Assembly: GCA_038087875.1 (NCBI GenBank)
Contig: CM075988.1
Span: forward strand, 7,070,001 to 7,134,000
DNA: 64,000 bases
Reading direction: 5' to 3'
DNA from: Malacoraja senta
Taxonomy: Eukaryota
The notes beneath the pieces are model-generated. The model did not search any database. It was not told the DNA's origin and was given only the letters and a program-made list of their open reading frames with translations. This document shows, piece after piece, positions 25,501 through 38,269 of this stretch (position 1 is the stretch's first letter; each line of letters starts with the position of its first letter). Both the position numbers and the translations under genes were made by a program.

Positions 25501-26328
25501 AAGCCCCTTGGCTTGGAGCGGAGCTAGCTGGCAGCACTGGTGCTGGGCACGGTGAGTGGGGCAAGTGGCAGCACCCGTGCGTGCATTCAGCAACCACTTA
25601 GAGGTTACTGTTTCCCTCATCAACCTGCCAACGTGTGGTGCAGCAATGGCCGCACTTGCTGTGCCCAAAGCCAACCCCTGAGTGAATATCCTGCAGCATT
25701 TTTCCCCATGGCAACCAAAGATCATTACTTTATTCATCAGATAAACTGGAATTCATCACTCACGGAAGTATCCTTGACGATAGTTCTGATCTGCCTTGTG
25801 GAATATTGCAGTCATAGGTTCGTAAGTCATAGGAGCAGAATTGGGCCATTCAGCCCATCGAGTCTACTCTGCCATTCAATCATGGCTGATCTATCTTTCC
25901 CTGTCAACCCCATCCCAGTCAATGTCCACTTTAAAAATAGCCAATAACCTGGTCCCCACAGCCATCTGTGGCAATGAATTCCCCAGAGTCACCACCCTCT
26001 GGCTAAAGAAATTCCTCCTTATCTCCTTTCTAGAGGTACGTCCTTTTATTCTGAGGCCCTGTGGTTCCTCTATTCCGATGATGCAGGAGATCTGAAATAA
26101 TAATCCAGGATGCAAGGATAATTATAAATGGGTGTCAAGGTAGTTTGGGATATGGATCCGAGGCTTTTATTTTCCTGACCCTTTTGCTACCTTTATTCCT
26201 CTGTGGTTGAGACATTGAGTTCAAGGTGAGTTACTATAATGCATCGACTACATGAAGCCACATTACATCAGGAGTGTTTGTTTGCTTTCTTTGCATGTAT
26301 ATCACTGCTCTGCATTTTGTTTTTTCAG

Positions 26329-26407
26329 ATAAACCCAATTACAAGATGCTGTTTGGTGCCTTGGACAATTCCTTCCTGATAGCTTATGCCATTGGAATGT
26401 TCTTCAG
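26329..26407 (+). CDS. SLC37A2: SLC37A2 exon 4 (DKPNYKMLFGALDNSFLIAYAIGMFFS)
   Basis: Acceptor tttttcag|, donor AG|gtgagt. Confidence 0.95.
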
Positions 26408-26969
26408 GTGAGTGTGATGGAAATTGGAGTCAATGCTCATCATCTGTGGTCAGGGTGTAGCTCTTCATTAGGATGTCCCTCCCCTCCAATAGAAGGGAGG
26501 GCAGAACAAGGCTCCCTCTGCCTCTGCTTTAATAAACCTGAGCCAATATTGAGCAACTTTAATGCACTAAACTGATACTTCATCATTCCCTTTTCTAGCC
26601 ATCTTCCAAATACATTCATAAGTTCTAGAAGCAGATTTAGGCCATTTGGCCCACTGAGTCTACACTGCCATTCAATCATGGCTGATCTTTCATTACCTCT
26701 CAATTCCATTCTCCTGCCTTCTCACCATAACTCCTGACACCCCTACTAATCAAAATGATGAACTTATCTTCCAAATAAGATCGCTGAACCAGGAGGTATT
26801 TTTGCATTTGAGCGCAATTGGTTCAGTGGTGCATCTGGCATAGTGTCCATTATGTGCCGTGTGATATTGGCAGAGCTAGACTCTGGCAGCAGCCTCCAAT
26901 TAGGTCGTTGGGTTCAACTCTAGCTCTTTTTATTGATTTTAAATTACTTGGATGTATTTTTAAAAAGTA

Positions 26970-27268
26970 CAGGCACTCCCTGAACTACGCAAGGATTACA
27001 TTCTGTGAACCCTTATGCAAGTTAGTATCCCTATCCCTATCCTCTGCCCGCAATAACTCGCTGAGAGTATTTTGTCAGCGGCGTCCGGGGCACTTTCTGC
27101 AGGGCGCGGCCTTCTGGGAAAGCACCACTGCCATTACCGGCCTGTTTCCGATGTAAACTTGAGTGATCACACGGCTGTGTGGACATTGCCAACTGCCTTG
27201 ATTGCACTAGAGTCCGAGTACGGAATAGTTTACACAAGTCGCCTATTGTGTAAGTCGGGGAGGGTCTG
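26970..27268. mobile_element. Old Tc1/mariner (pogo/Tigger-like) MITE
   Basis: TA|CAGGCACTCCCTGAACTACG ... TGTAAGTCGGGGAGGGTCTG|TA: imperfect ~20-bp TIRs with TA duplication. Confidence 0.55.
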
Positions 27269-27391
27269 TATAAATGATCCAAACCTAGTTAATGAATATC
27301 AGGTCCAGGAGGAACATGTTTAGCAAAGAATCGGGAACATCCATGTTGACAGAGGTGATGGAGATCTTTTGTTAATCGTACTAGTTGACGA

Positions 27392-27780
27392 AACATAGAA
27401 AATAGGTGCAGGAGTAGGCCATTCGGCCCTTCAATATGGTCATGGCTGATCCTCTAAAATCAGTACCCAGTTCCTGCTTTCTTACCCTATCCCTTGATTC
27501 CGTTAGCCCTAAGAGCTATATCTAACTCTCTCTTGAAAATATCCAGTGAATTGGCCTCCACTGCCTTCTGTGGCAGAGAATTCCAGAGATTCACAACTCT
27601 CTGGGTGAAAAGGTTTGTCCTCATCTCAGTCCTAAATGGCCTACTCCTTATTCTTAAATTGTGACCCCAGGTTCTGGACTCTCCGAACATCGATAACATT
27701 TTTCCTGCATCTAGCCTGTCCAATCCCTTAAGAATTTTATGTTTCTGTAAGATTCCCTCTCATCCTAAATTCCAGTGAGG
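27392..27780 (-). mobile_element. CR1 LINE 3' fragment
   Basis: Minus-strand translation DRLDAGK...FTQRVVNLWNSLPQ with CR1 3' UTR. Confidence 0.88.
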
Positions 27781-27994
27781 GAGTCATCACTCTGCTAGTT
27801 TGGCCCTGGTGAAGGAGCATGCCACTGTGTGACCAACACTACAAGTCATGGGGGAAGCTCCTTGGCCACAGTTGAATGAATAAATAATATTTTATTACCA
27901 CATGTGACATGTCACAATGCAATTCTTTGGTTTGCATACCATACACAAAGTATGCAAAGAGTCGCTACCCGTAGGGCAGCGACAAAGTTACTAA

Positions 27995-28193
27995 AGGGCC
28001 TGTCCCACTTGGGCGACATTTGTGCGTAATTTACGCAACATCATTTACTCGCGTGTCGTGCCGCGCATGAGATGCGTGCATGGTGCATGGTGACGTAGGC
28101 AGTGACGCGCGGTGCCCCAGGATTTTGGGATGTACAAAATCTTCGCACGCCATCTGCGTGACGCGCAAATGACGCCTAAGTGGGACGGGCCCT
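27995..28193. mobile_element. PIF/Harbinger-type MITE
   Basis: TIRs AGGGCCTGTCCCACTT / AAGTGGGACGGGCCCT, flanked by TAA and TTA. Confidence 0.75.
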
Positions 28194-28580
28194 TTAGTGT
28201 TCAATGTAGTCCTAATGGCTCCTCTTGGGGTTTGCTTCTGTAACATCGCCAGTTTATGAAGCTGGAATGTCACACCAAGCCCTATTCACCAGGAGTGCTG
28301 GCCCACACTCCATGGGAACTTTAATTCACCAACTGTCCCGATTTGGATTTGTGATACTGCTGCAAAATGTAAACAATAAATTGTGAAAGGAATCCATTTG
28401 TCTGGATGGATGAATGAAAGTTCAACCTGCCATTTCCATGTGGCTGAAGGTCCATTTATTGCAGCAAGCCAAGCAGTGCTTTGTGTCCAATAACTGTAGT
28501 TACCCAGGTCCTTGCACACTGACAGGACGTAGCTGCTAGTTTCTCTCCACACTCATCAGATTTCTTTCTCCTCTCTCCAG

Positions 28581-28716
28581 TGGTATGTTCGGCGAGCGCC
28601 TCCCCCTGCGGTACTACCTGACCGTTGGCATGTTGCTCAGTGGATTGTTCACCGCTCTCTTTGGGCTTGGATTTTACTGGCAGATCCACAGCATCTGGTA
28701 CTATGTGTTCATCCAG
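28581..28716 (+). CDS. SLC37A2: SLC37A2 exon 5 (GMFGERLPLRYYL...WYYVFIQ)
   Basis: Acceptor ctctctccag|, donor CAG|gtcagt. Confidence 0.95.
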
Positions 28717-29353
28717 GTCAGTGCCGCTGTGTGGTAGGGAGCTTGCCGACCGGCCGCGACCTCCGTGGTCGGTATCGGCTGCAGATCCGTCCCTGCGTTC
28801 CTCTGTGTACTAGAAGGTATTGCTTTACGGTGAGAGGGGCAACATTTAAAGGTGATGTGCGGGGCAAGCTTTTATTTAACATTGCGGTTGGAACGTGTGC
28901 TGGAAGTGGTAGTTGAAGCCAAAATGTTAGGGGCATTTAAAATACTTTTGGATAGGCTTAAGGATATGCAGGGAAGGGAGGGATATGGGTTAAGTGTAGG
29001 TAGATAAGTGATGGGCTGGGCATCATGTGTGGCACAGATATTGTGGGCCGAAGGGCCTGTTCTTGTCCTGCACTGTTCTATGATCTCTGATCAGGGGAAT
29101 GTGGGGTAGAATACACTGGGGTTGCTGAAGGATGTTGTGAATGACGGGCTGGACTCGGCGGGCTGAAGGAACCGTTTCCGTACCAATTTCCCCAGGCGTC
29201 AGCACAGGCCCTCCTGCCTCTCCCACTCCCTCTGCCAGGAACATGGCAACTACCATCGCAACTGCTCATTGTTAACATGGGTTCAAGTCCCATCTTTGAG
29301 CCACGTTCAAGGACTCGTGTGCATCAATCATTTTTTTCTCTCTCTCTCCACAG

Positions 29354-29430
29354 ATTGCAAATGGTTTGGTGCAGACCACAGGTTGGCCAGCTGTCGTGGC
29401 TTGCGTGGGGAACTGGTTTGGAAAAGGGAA
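29354..29430 (+). CDS. SLC37A2: SLC37A2 exon 6 (IANGLVQTTGWPAVVACVGNWFGKGK)
   Basis: Acceptor ctccacag|, donor AA|gtacgt. Confidence 0.95.
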
Positions 29431-29729
29431 GTACGTACTGCTTTTTGCTGATTCTACGAAAAATATCGATGTGCTAATATTGATATCCTAATGTTAGAGA
29501 CCAGTCACAAGTTGTCACGTGTCAGACTATCCATCGTTGTCAGATTTCAGTTGGGGTTTTATGGATCAATAATCTCCTCGTGAGAGGAAGTGAAACATTT
29601 TTTCTGTGCTCAGCCGTTCCGTACCTCCCTGTGTCATATGCCCTTGTCACGTTTGGGTTAATGGTCTATTTTTGACGCCTGTTCTCAGTCAATCAGTGTA
29701 TGGCCGGTAAGCTCGATGTTTATTGAAAA

Positions 29730-30302
29730 CATCATCGGCGAGACCAAGCGCAGGCTCACCGATCGTTTCGCTGAACTACACCTCTACTCAGTCTGCCGAG
29801 GCTCACCTGATCTCCCAGTTGCTAAACACTTTAACTTCCCCTCCCATTCCCACACTGACCTTTGTGTCCTGGGCCACCTCCACTGTCAGAGTGAGGCCCG
29901 ATGCAAATTGGAGGAACAGCACCTCATAATTCGCTTGGTTAGCTTACAACCCAGTGGTATGAATATTGATTTCCCTAATTTCAAGTAACCCATGCTTTTC
30001 CTCTCTCTGTCCCTCTCCCACCCTAGTTCTCCAACCAGTTCCGCTGTCTTCCTGATTAATTTTACTGATTGTACACCTCGTTGTCATCTTCCGCTCAGCC
30101 AAACAATGAACCATTTTATATTTCCTTGATCATCGTTTGCTTTGTCTGTCATTTTCACACCTTACCCTTCCATCTCTCTAGTCTCCCTGCCCCCTGACTC
30201 TCAATCTGAAGAAAGGTCTCGACCTGAAATGTCACCCATTCCTTCTCTTCAGAGATGCTGCCTGTCCCGCTGAGCTACTCCAGCTTTTTGTGTCTACCTT
30301 CT
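29730..30302 (+). mobile_element. Penelope-like element 3' end: GIY-YIG endonuclease C-terminus, 3' UTR, hammerhead-containing terminal repeat
   Basis: IGETKRRLTDRFAE..H...PVAKHFN...LEEQHLI..L..LQPSGMN stop at 29988; the terminal segment 30205-30302 is the arm of the palindromic repeat family. Confidence 0.88.
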
Positions 30303-31625
30303 GCTATGCAATCTCTCCAGGAGATTTGCTGACCATTACAAAGGATGGTTTAATCAGCAGCATGGCTATGGACATGCAATACATATATATTGATGAATGG
30401 TGGCCTGTCTCTAATAAGAGATACGAGTATTCAAGATTTATTGTGGTCAAAATCCTCAGTGGCCCGAAGGGTCTGTTTCCCCGCTGTATCACTAAACTGA
30501 ACTGATATTTAAACCGCTGTGGTTTTTGGGATCATATTGCACTAATCTGTAGATGTAACAGAAGCTTTTGGAAGGAAATTGGGGTGGTGGGGGAGGCAGG
30601 GAGAGAATCCTTGAAGTTGCTAGAAATCTGAGATAAATTGGGAGATGCCGGAAATACTCAGCAGCACAGGCAGCATCTGTAGGGAGAGAAAGAACTGATG
30701 TAGAAGTAAGGAACTGCAGATGCTGGTTTATACCAAAGATAGACTACAAAGTGCTGGAGTAACATGGCCATCAGGCAGCATATCTGGAGAAACGGGCTGG
30801 ATGACTTTTTGGGTTGGGACCGATCTTCAGAACTGATGTTTCGGGCTGGAAGCCCAGGTCTAGTTAGGAAGTTTCGTGTGGTGCAATGTGTTCCATTATA
30901 ACCTTTAAAGGAAATTTGCATCTCCTTCAAAAGAGAGAACTGTTAAAATGCAGGCAAAAGGAAGGAAATTCTGGCCAATAAGCCCTGGATGAAATCTGTA
31001 CCACCCAGTCAAATGCAAATTGACCTAACTTTTATCTGCCCGAGATCCATTTCTCCAGCAAAAAACACCCATCTCCACTCATTCTTCAGCTGGCCCTGAA
31101 TGCCAAAGCTTTATGGTGCTCTGTTAGACGTAGCTTGGCTCTTTCGTGAACTGGTGAGATGGGAAGAAATTTGTGCTGCGGTTGCCCCAGGTAACAGTTT
31201 GCAATACCCAGTCAACTTGTATTGCAAACCTAGCCCAGGCTAAGCATGTTCTGGGCAAATCCACGGTCTATCGAGTGTTGAGACAGTGATGTCTCTCCAT
31301 TTGCTTAGTATAGTTTAGGAACTTTAGGTTATTGTCGCGTACCGAGGTACCGTGAAAAGCTTTTGTTGCGTGCTAGCCAGTCAGCGGAAAGACTATACAT
31401 GATTACAATCGAGCCATCCACAGTACACTGATACACGATAAAGGGAATAACATGAACAACACTTTGTGCAAGATAAAGTCCGATCAAAGATAGTCCAAGG
31501 GTTTCCAATGAGGTAGTAGCTCTGGTCTGCTCTCTAGTTGTTGGTAGGATGGTAAAATTCTTTTAAAAAATATATTATGATTTTCAGAGTGTAATGATAT
31601 ATTTGCTCCCTATTCAATTTGACAG

Positions 31626-31792
31626 ACGCGGTTTGATAATGGGAATCTGGAACTCACACACGTCAGTGGGTAATATTCTGGGCTCTTTGATCGCCGGGAG
31701 CTTCGTGTCTTATGCCTGGGGGTTGTCCTTCATCGTGCCCGGTGTCATCATTGCAGCAATGGGAATAGTCTGCTTCTTCTTTCTAATCGAAT
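31626..31792 (+). CDS. SLC37A2: SLC37A2 exon 7 (RGLIMGIWNSHTSVGNILG...FFFLIE)
   Basis: Acceptor tttgacag|, donor T|gtgagt. Confidence 0.95.
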
Positions 31793-33330
31793 GTGAGTAT
31801 TGCATTGATTTTGTACAGCAGAGATCACCTGCTTTGTGCACTATGCGGGATTAGAACCAAGTAATGCAAACAAACGAGGTGGTTGGTGCAGTTGGTAGAG
31901 AAGCTGCCTCGTGGCTCCAGAGACCTGGGTTCGATCCTGACCGTGTGTTCTCTGTACGTGGAGTTTGTACGTTCTCCCTGTGACTGGTTGGGTTTCTCCT
32001 GGGTGCTCTGGACTCCTCCCACATCCCAAAGAAATGCCGGTTGTTAGGTTTATTGGCCTCTGTAAATTGCTCCAAGGATGTTGGCGAATGGTGGAATTTA
32101 TGCCATTGTGGTGAGAATTATTATAAATAGGATGAAGGTAGGATTAGTGTTTAATGGGTGTTTAATGGTTGGTGTTTTAATGGTTGGAGACTGAAGGGCC
32201 TGTTTTGGTGCTGTATCTGTCTTAAAAACATCATGGGCAGTTTTTTGTTCAATTATACCAGTGAGTGCAGTGCCAGTGACTTGCCATGGGCTAGCTTAAT
32301 GTCCACTTTTCCCACCCAGTTATATATCTCCCCTCAATGGAGAAAGGGGATTGCTGAAAGTGGGGAAGCAGGACTTTGTGTGGTGAAGGCAAGTATGTAT
32401 ATGAGTGTAGAAACAAGGAACTGCAGATGCTGGTTTACATCGATGAGACAAAATGCTGGACTAACTCAGTGGATCAGGCAGGATCTCTGGGGAAAATGGA
32501 TGTTCTATCCACGTTCTCCAGAGATGCTTTTTAAACTTTAGACTTTAGAAATGCACAGATGCAGCACGGAAATGGGCCCTTTGGCCCACCTGATATCATT
32601 TTGCTGGATCTCAATGCCATGGAACACAGGAAGATCACTAACACTATCCTAAACACTAGAAACAATTGTTACAATGTTACCAAAGCCAATGAACCTACAA
32701 ACTTGTACGTGTTTGGAATATGGGAGGAAACCAGAGCACCCGGAGAAAACCCATCACAGGGAGAACATACAACCTCTGCACAGATAGCACCTGTAGTCAG
32801 GATTGAACCCGTGTCTCTGGCGTTGTCAGGCAGCAACTTTACCACTGTGCCACCCAGACCAACCTGACCTGCTGAGTTACTCCAGCACTTTGTGCCTTCC
32901 CAACTATATCAGTGTCTGTGCGGATCTAACTGAGCAATTTTTTGAAATGGTCTTGTTTGGTACTTGGAGCAAGTATGTTTTCTTTTGGGTGGGGGTATTA
33001 GTGGGATTTGTCCCTCCATAACCTAACCCCTCCCCTAACTCCATCAAAGTGAGTGATGGGGTGGGGGAGGAGAGAGTTGTAGAAGACAGCATGATTACCA
33101 TTAGAAAACATGACTGCTCCCACCTGCCTTTTAGATGCCAGGTGAGGGTGAGAGATATCTCTGATGTTCTCGGCATCAGCCTTATTGAACTGGCTTGTGT
33201 GACTGCTGTGAAACAATTCCTTTGGATGAGCCTAATTTTTTTTAAATAAACACATCAGAGTTGAAAAGCTTGCCTCTAATGTTTGGTGTTTCTGAATTAA
33301 CAAACAACAAATTTGTTGTCTTCCCTACAG

Positions 33331-33368
33331 ACCCTGAAGATGTGGGCTGCACTTCCCCTCAACACTAC
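33331..33368 (+). CDS. SLC37A2: SLC37A2 exon 8 (YPEDVGCTSPQHY)
   Basis: Acceptor ccctacag|, donor TAC|gtaagc; resembles human HPEDVDCAPPQH. Confidence 0.92.
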
Positions 33369-35028
33369 GTAAGCAGATTGATCACTTTACTATATCTTGC
33401 CACTTAAGAATCAACAAGTTGATGAAGTAGGTTTCGCATAGTTGCACCAAACCCCGGCCATTTGTGATCTACATGGGGCATGTTGGTCAGAGTTGGCAAG
33501 TTGGGCCGAAGGGCCTGTTTCCACACCGTGTGTCTCTGCCGGTGCTGCCTTTCTCTCTGTTATGCACCTCGTTGACCTCTGGTGCTTCCTGTGCTCTATG
33601 GGCTTTGAGATCCAGCAAAATGGGACAGTGCGCTGCTTCCCAACACCCAGCTGCGGTCCAAAATTGGGCTGTGAAGAATTCAAACTGTGCTGTCAGGGGC
33701 TATTGAGTGATATAGCATGGAAACAGGGCCTTTAGCCCAACTTGTCCACACCGGCCAACTAGTCCCACCTGCCTGCATTTGGTCCATATCCTTCCAAACC
33801 TGTCCTATTCATGTATCCTATCCATGGGTTCCCAAACACTTTCATTTCATGCTTTAGTTTTGTTGTCAATGATTTAATTTGAATTTTATTAAAAGCTTTA
33901 ATTTTGTGATTTAATAAGCTGCAAAATCCAAATAAAGAGTTTTAAATGCTCAAAACATTTTGACAGAATTATCAATTAATTTAACGTCCTATCTTAAAAT
34001 ATGAGCCATAATTCCAAATGTTTGATCAATTTTTGGCCATGGATGAAATACGTTTGGCACCATTGTGATAGTGCTTTCACACTGCAAGTTTATTTGATGG
34101 GGAGAAAGAAGGAAAGGGGTTCACGTTTTTACTGGTGACCCAATTTTTGCAGAATCCATGTGGTTGTTTGCAATTATCAAAACTGATATTCGTAGCAGAA
34201 ACTATCGGGCCATGCTTTATATTTCTATATTTTATTTATGACATAAAAGGAGGCGATTTGAGCCCATCACTATGATTCCTCACAGTAATCCCAAACTCCC
34301 ATGGATTTTCCATGTACCTATTTTCCCCACACCGCTCTCAGATTCTTGATTATGAAGGGCATCAAAGTTAGAGGAGAAGGGAAAAATAAATCAGCCAAGA
34401 TTGAATGGTGGAATGGGCTCAATGGATTGAATGGCCTAATTCTGCTCCTATGTCTTGTAGCCACCATTTTCTCCCGCCCACCTGCACATTTGGGGCACTT
34501 TAAAGTGGCCAATTAATTTGCCAACCCATGTCTTTGTAAAAGGGAAGAATCCAGAATATATATGGGCAAATCAATATGGTCACTGCGAAAGTATCCAAAC
34601 TCAAATAGCAATAGGGATTGAAGAAAGATAAGTACTGGAGCTCTGAGGCAGCAACTCCAATAGCTGCACCATTTTGTGGTTCTAGATATTTTTTTTAATT
34701 TGTGCTTGAGAGAGATGAGGGTGATTTTTTAAAAATGTTTTATTCACCATTGTATGCTAGTGATTTCTTAATCATGTCCTTCATCGATCATTCTTCAGCC
34801 CAACTCGTCCGTGCTAACCAAGATGTCCCAGTTTAGTTTTTAGTTTAGTTTACTGTCAAGTGTACCGAGGTACAGTGAAAAACTCCTGTGAGCCGAGACT
34901 CGTGTCTCAGTGGAACGACTTTACGCCAGTGTCATTTGGCCCATACCCCTCTAAACCTGCCCTCCACGTACCTGTCCAAGTGCCTTCTAAATGATGCATG
35001 AAAACGGAGGCCTTGCCGTGTGTTACAG

Positions 35029-35175
35029 GACCAGATGGAGCAGGAGCCGCTGTTACGCCATGACAGTGAGGATGAGATATTCACCAGCCTCAACAACGAT
35101 GAGGGCAGCGTCAACACCATGTTCAACAGCATCCAGCCCTCGCCGATCAGCTTCATGGGAGCACTGAAGATACCT
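35029..35175 (+). CDS. SLC37A2: SLC37A2 exon 9, central cytoplasmic loop (DQMEQEPLL...ISFMGALKIP)
   Basis: Acceptor tgttacag|, donor CCT|gtgagt; ends in the conserved ISFxGALxIP. Confidence 0.9.
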
Positions 35176-36009
35176 GTGAGTACCAAGGACCCTGGCCGGT
35201 CCACAAACGTCAACTTCCTGCGTTAAATGCTGATGCTCAATCCTGTGAAAAATAACGTCATAAAATCGGTGAACTTTGGCCTGACAAATTTATATATTGA
35301 ATATTACATTTGACATTGTACCTTTTTGGGAACCTCAAACAACCAGCCACTCCCCTGTGCCACACCTGGACGTGCTCCTATTTCACCCCTCCACCTACAT
35401 TCCTTCCTCCGGCTTCACAATTTGCAACTCTACAATCCTTTTGTCTCACACCTGTATTTTCATCTCGGGCATTTGTCTATCGATCAAACCCCCCCCCCCC
35501 TCCCCTTGCCTGCACCTATTGTCACATGTACTGCCCCTTGCATCCTATCCAGTCAGAGGAAAAACTATACATGATTACAATCAAGCTATTCACAGTGTAC
35601 AGATACAGGATAAAGGGAATAATGTTCAGTGCCAGGTAAAGTCCATTTAAAGATAGCTTGTCCTGCCTCCCTCCTCTCTTCTGTTTGGGAACCAGGACAA
35701 TATTTATTGATAACGATTGGGAAACACATAATGCTGGAGTTACTCGGCAGGCCAGGCAGCATCTGTGGAAGGAATGGATAGGTCACATTTCTGGTTGAGA
35801 CCCTTCTTCAGACTCTCAGATGCTGCCTGACCTGCTAAGAGCTCCATCACTTGCGTTCTATCCAAGATTGCAGCATCTGCACTTCCTTCTGTCTCCGTTC
35901 TGTTATTGTATGAGTATAGAGGTGGTGGGAGAGAGAGTAGAGGGATGGAGGGTATCGTCGTCAAGCCCCTTCATGGCCGGTAATTGAAGCCGCTTTTCCT
36001 TTCGGACAG

Positions 36010-36100
36010 GGCGTGGTGGAGTTTTCACTGGCTTTACTCTTTGCCAAACTTGTCAGCTATACATTCCTCTTCTGGTTGCCGCTCTACATTTCATCTGTGG
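36010..36100 (+). CDS. SLC37A2: SLC37A2 exon 10 (GVVEFSLALLFAKLVSYTFLFWLPLYISSV)
   Basis: Acceptor cggacag|, donor G|gtgagt. Confidence 0.95.
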
Positions 36101-37747
36101 GTGAGTAGCTCATGCTCTTTGAGAACAAATATATATTTTTTGCCAGTTAGACTCTAAAGTGCTTAATGGAGTAGAGAACTATATTGATGTTTTGGCAAGG
36201 AAGGATAGAAATGCATCTCAGTGACTTGGAACAGTGATTATTGGTTAGAGGGGGTGGGGATTGGGGAGAGCATCAGCTGCTGCAAGGGCTTTCTTATCCA
36301 CAGATGCTGTAAGGGGTTGGGATGTTCTGACTGTGAAGCCCTTGGATTTGCAGACAACCACCAGCTAGCTGATGCCTGTGGTGGCCCTGCATGTTTGGTG
36401 GAAGTTGGAAATGCATTGAGGGAGAGAAGTGTGAACATCCTACACAACAAAGCCAAGGACACCTTACACAGTGTGGAGGAAGGAACTGCAGATGCTGGTT
36501 TAAATCGAAGATAGACACAAAATGCTGGAGTAACTCAGCGGGACAGGCAGCATCTCTGGAGAGAAGGAATGGGTGACGTTTCGGGTCTTGACCCGAAACG
36601 TCACCCATTCCTTCTCTCCAGAGATGCCGCCTGACCTGCTGAGTTTCTCCAGCATCTTGTGTCTATCTTCGACACCTTGCTCAGGACTGCTGGGATCTCC
36701 CTTGAAATCGAGAGGGAGCATTTCTCCCACATTACCAGATTCTCTTTAGACTTTTAGAGATGCAGCGTGGAAATAAGCCCTTCGCTCCACCGAGTCCACG
36801 CCGACCAGTGATCACCCGCTGCACTAGCACGATTCTACACACCAATGACAATTTACAATCGTTCGTCTGCCTGCCTAATGTCCCTTAAACATCGCTTCCA
36901 CCACTTTCTCTGGCAGTGCATTCCAAGCACCTAACACAACAAAACAAAAAAAATGTCACGTACACTTCGTTTCAACTCCCTTCTGCCTGCATCCAACCAT
37001 TCTATGTATACTTACATTTAAGCTTCTTCAACCCCACAATCAGATTTGAGTCCAGCATCACGTTCCAGGCACCTTCCATTCTGTGTTAAAAAAAAAAAAA
37101 AACTTCTTCCCACGTATCTCCTTTAAACTTTCCCCCTCTCATCTTAAATCTGTGCCTTCTAGTGTTTTCCTTCCTTCCCCCCTCCCTGGGGAAAAAGAAT
37201 CTGACTGTCTACTCTGTCTATGCCTCCCATGAGTTTATACACTTCTATCCTCTGCCTCCAATGCTCCAGCGGAAACAGTCCAACATATTCCAACCTCTCC
37301 CATAGTTAATACCCTCTAATCCAGGCCCCACACTGGTGTATCCTTCCCAAAGCCTTCATGTCCTCCTTGTAATACATTGACCAGAACTACATGCACTACT
37401 ACAAATGCGGCCTAACATTTTATACGGCTGCGTCATGACTTCTTGATGTTTATACACAACACCATGACTGGTTAAAGGCAAGAGTACAGTACGCCACCTT
37501 TACCGCTCTATTTGTGTTGCCACTCTTGGGGTGCACCCTGAGATTCTCTCCCCCCACCCCACCCCGTGCATCAGTGCTCCTCGGGGTACTGCCATTAACT
37601 AATACTTCTCCCTTGCATTTCACCTTCAAAGGGTCAACACCTCAGTCTACAAAGTCTCTTGTACCTGAATCTAAAGTAATGAAATAAGTGCTTCCATCTT
37701 CAACACCCTAGATGATGAAACCAGCTTGCAAGAGTGAGAAATGTCTT

Positions 37748-37761
37748 TCTCTCTCTCTCTC

Positions 37762-37833
<72 letters not shown>
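37748..37833. repeat. (CT)n microsatellite, about 43 units
   Basis: Direct reading, one C-A interruption. Confidence 0.97.
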
Positions 37834-37835
<2 letters not shown>

Positions 37836-38206
37836 AGAGTAACGTCTCTCTCTCAGTGCTAAAATAACTCAATGGGTCAGGCGGCATCTCTGGAGAACGT
37901 GGAAATCTGACATATCAGGTCGAGACCCTTCAGTCTGAACCTGACATGTCACCTATCCATGTTCTCCAGAGATGCTGCCTGACCTCCTGAGTTACTCCAG
38001 CACTGTTTCTATTTGGTAAACCAGTATCTGCAGTTCCAGAGTGAGACTGGGTCTCCTATGCATCTGACTTTGAGAGTTTTTGCAACTCTGAGTCATGGCT
38101 CATCGGATAGGAAAATGAGAACAAGTTTTTGCATTGGACTTATTGAAACATTTTACAGCCAGGTTTAACAAGTTTATCTCACGATATATTTGTTTTTATC
38201 TTTCAG

Positions 38207-38269
38207 CTCATTTGAATCCCAAAGCTGCTGGTGATCTCTCGACACTCTTTGATGTCGGTGGCATTATTG
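38207..38269 (+). CDS. SLC37A2: SLC37A2 exon 11 (AHLNPKAAGDLSTLFDVGGII)
   Basis: Acceptor tctttcag|, donor G|gtatgt. Confidence 0.95.

Noticed and set aside
37748..37835. (CT)n-CAG as the acceptor of an extra exon
   Set aside because: Exons 10 and 11 already join in frame with no missing conserved residues; the downstream sequence is repeat.
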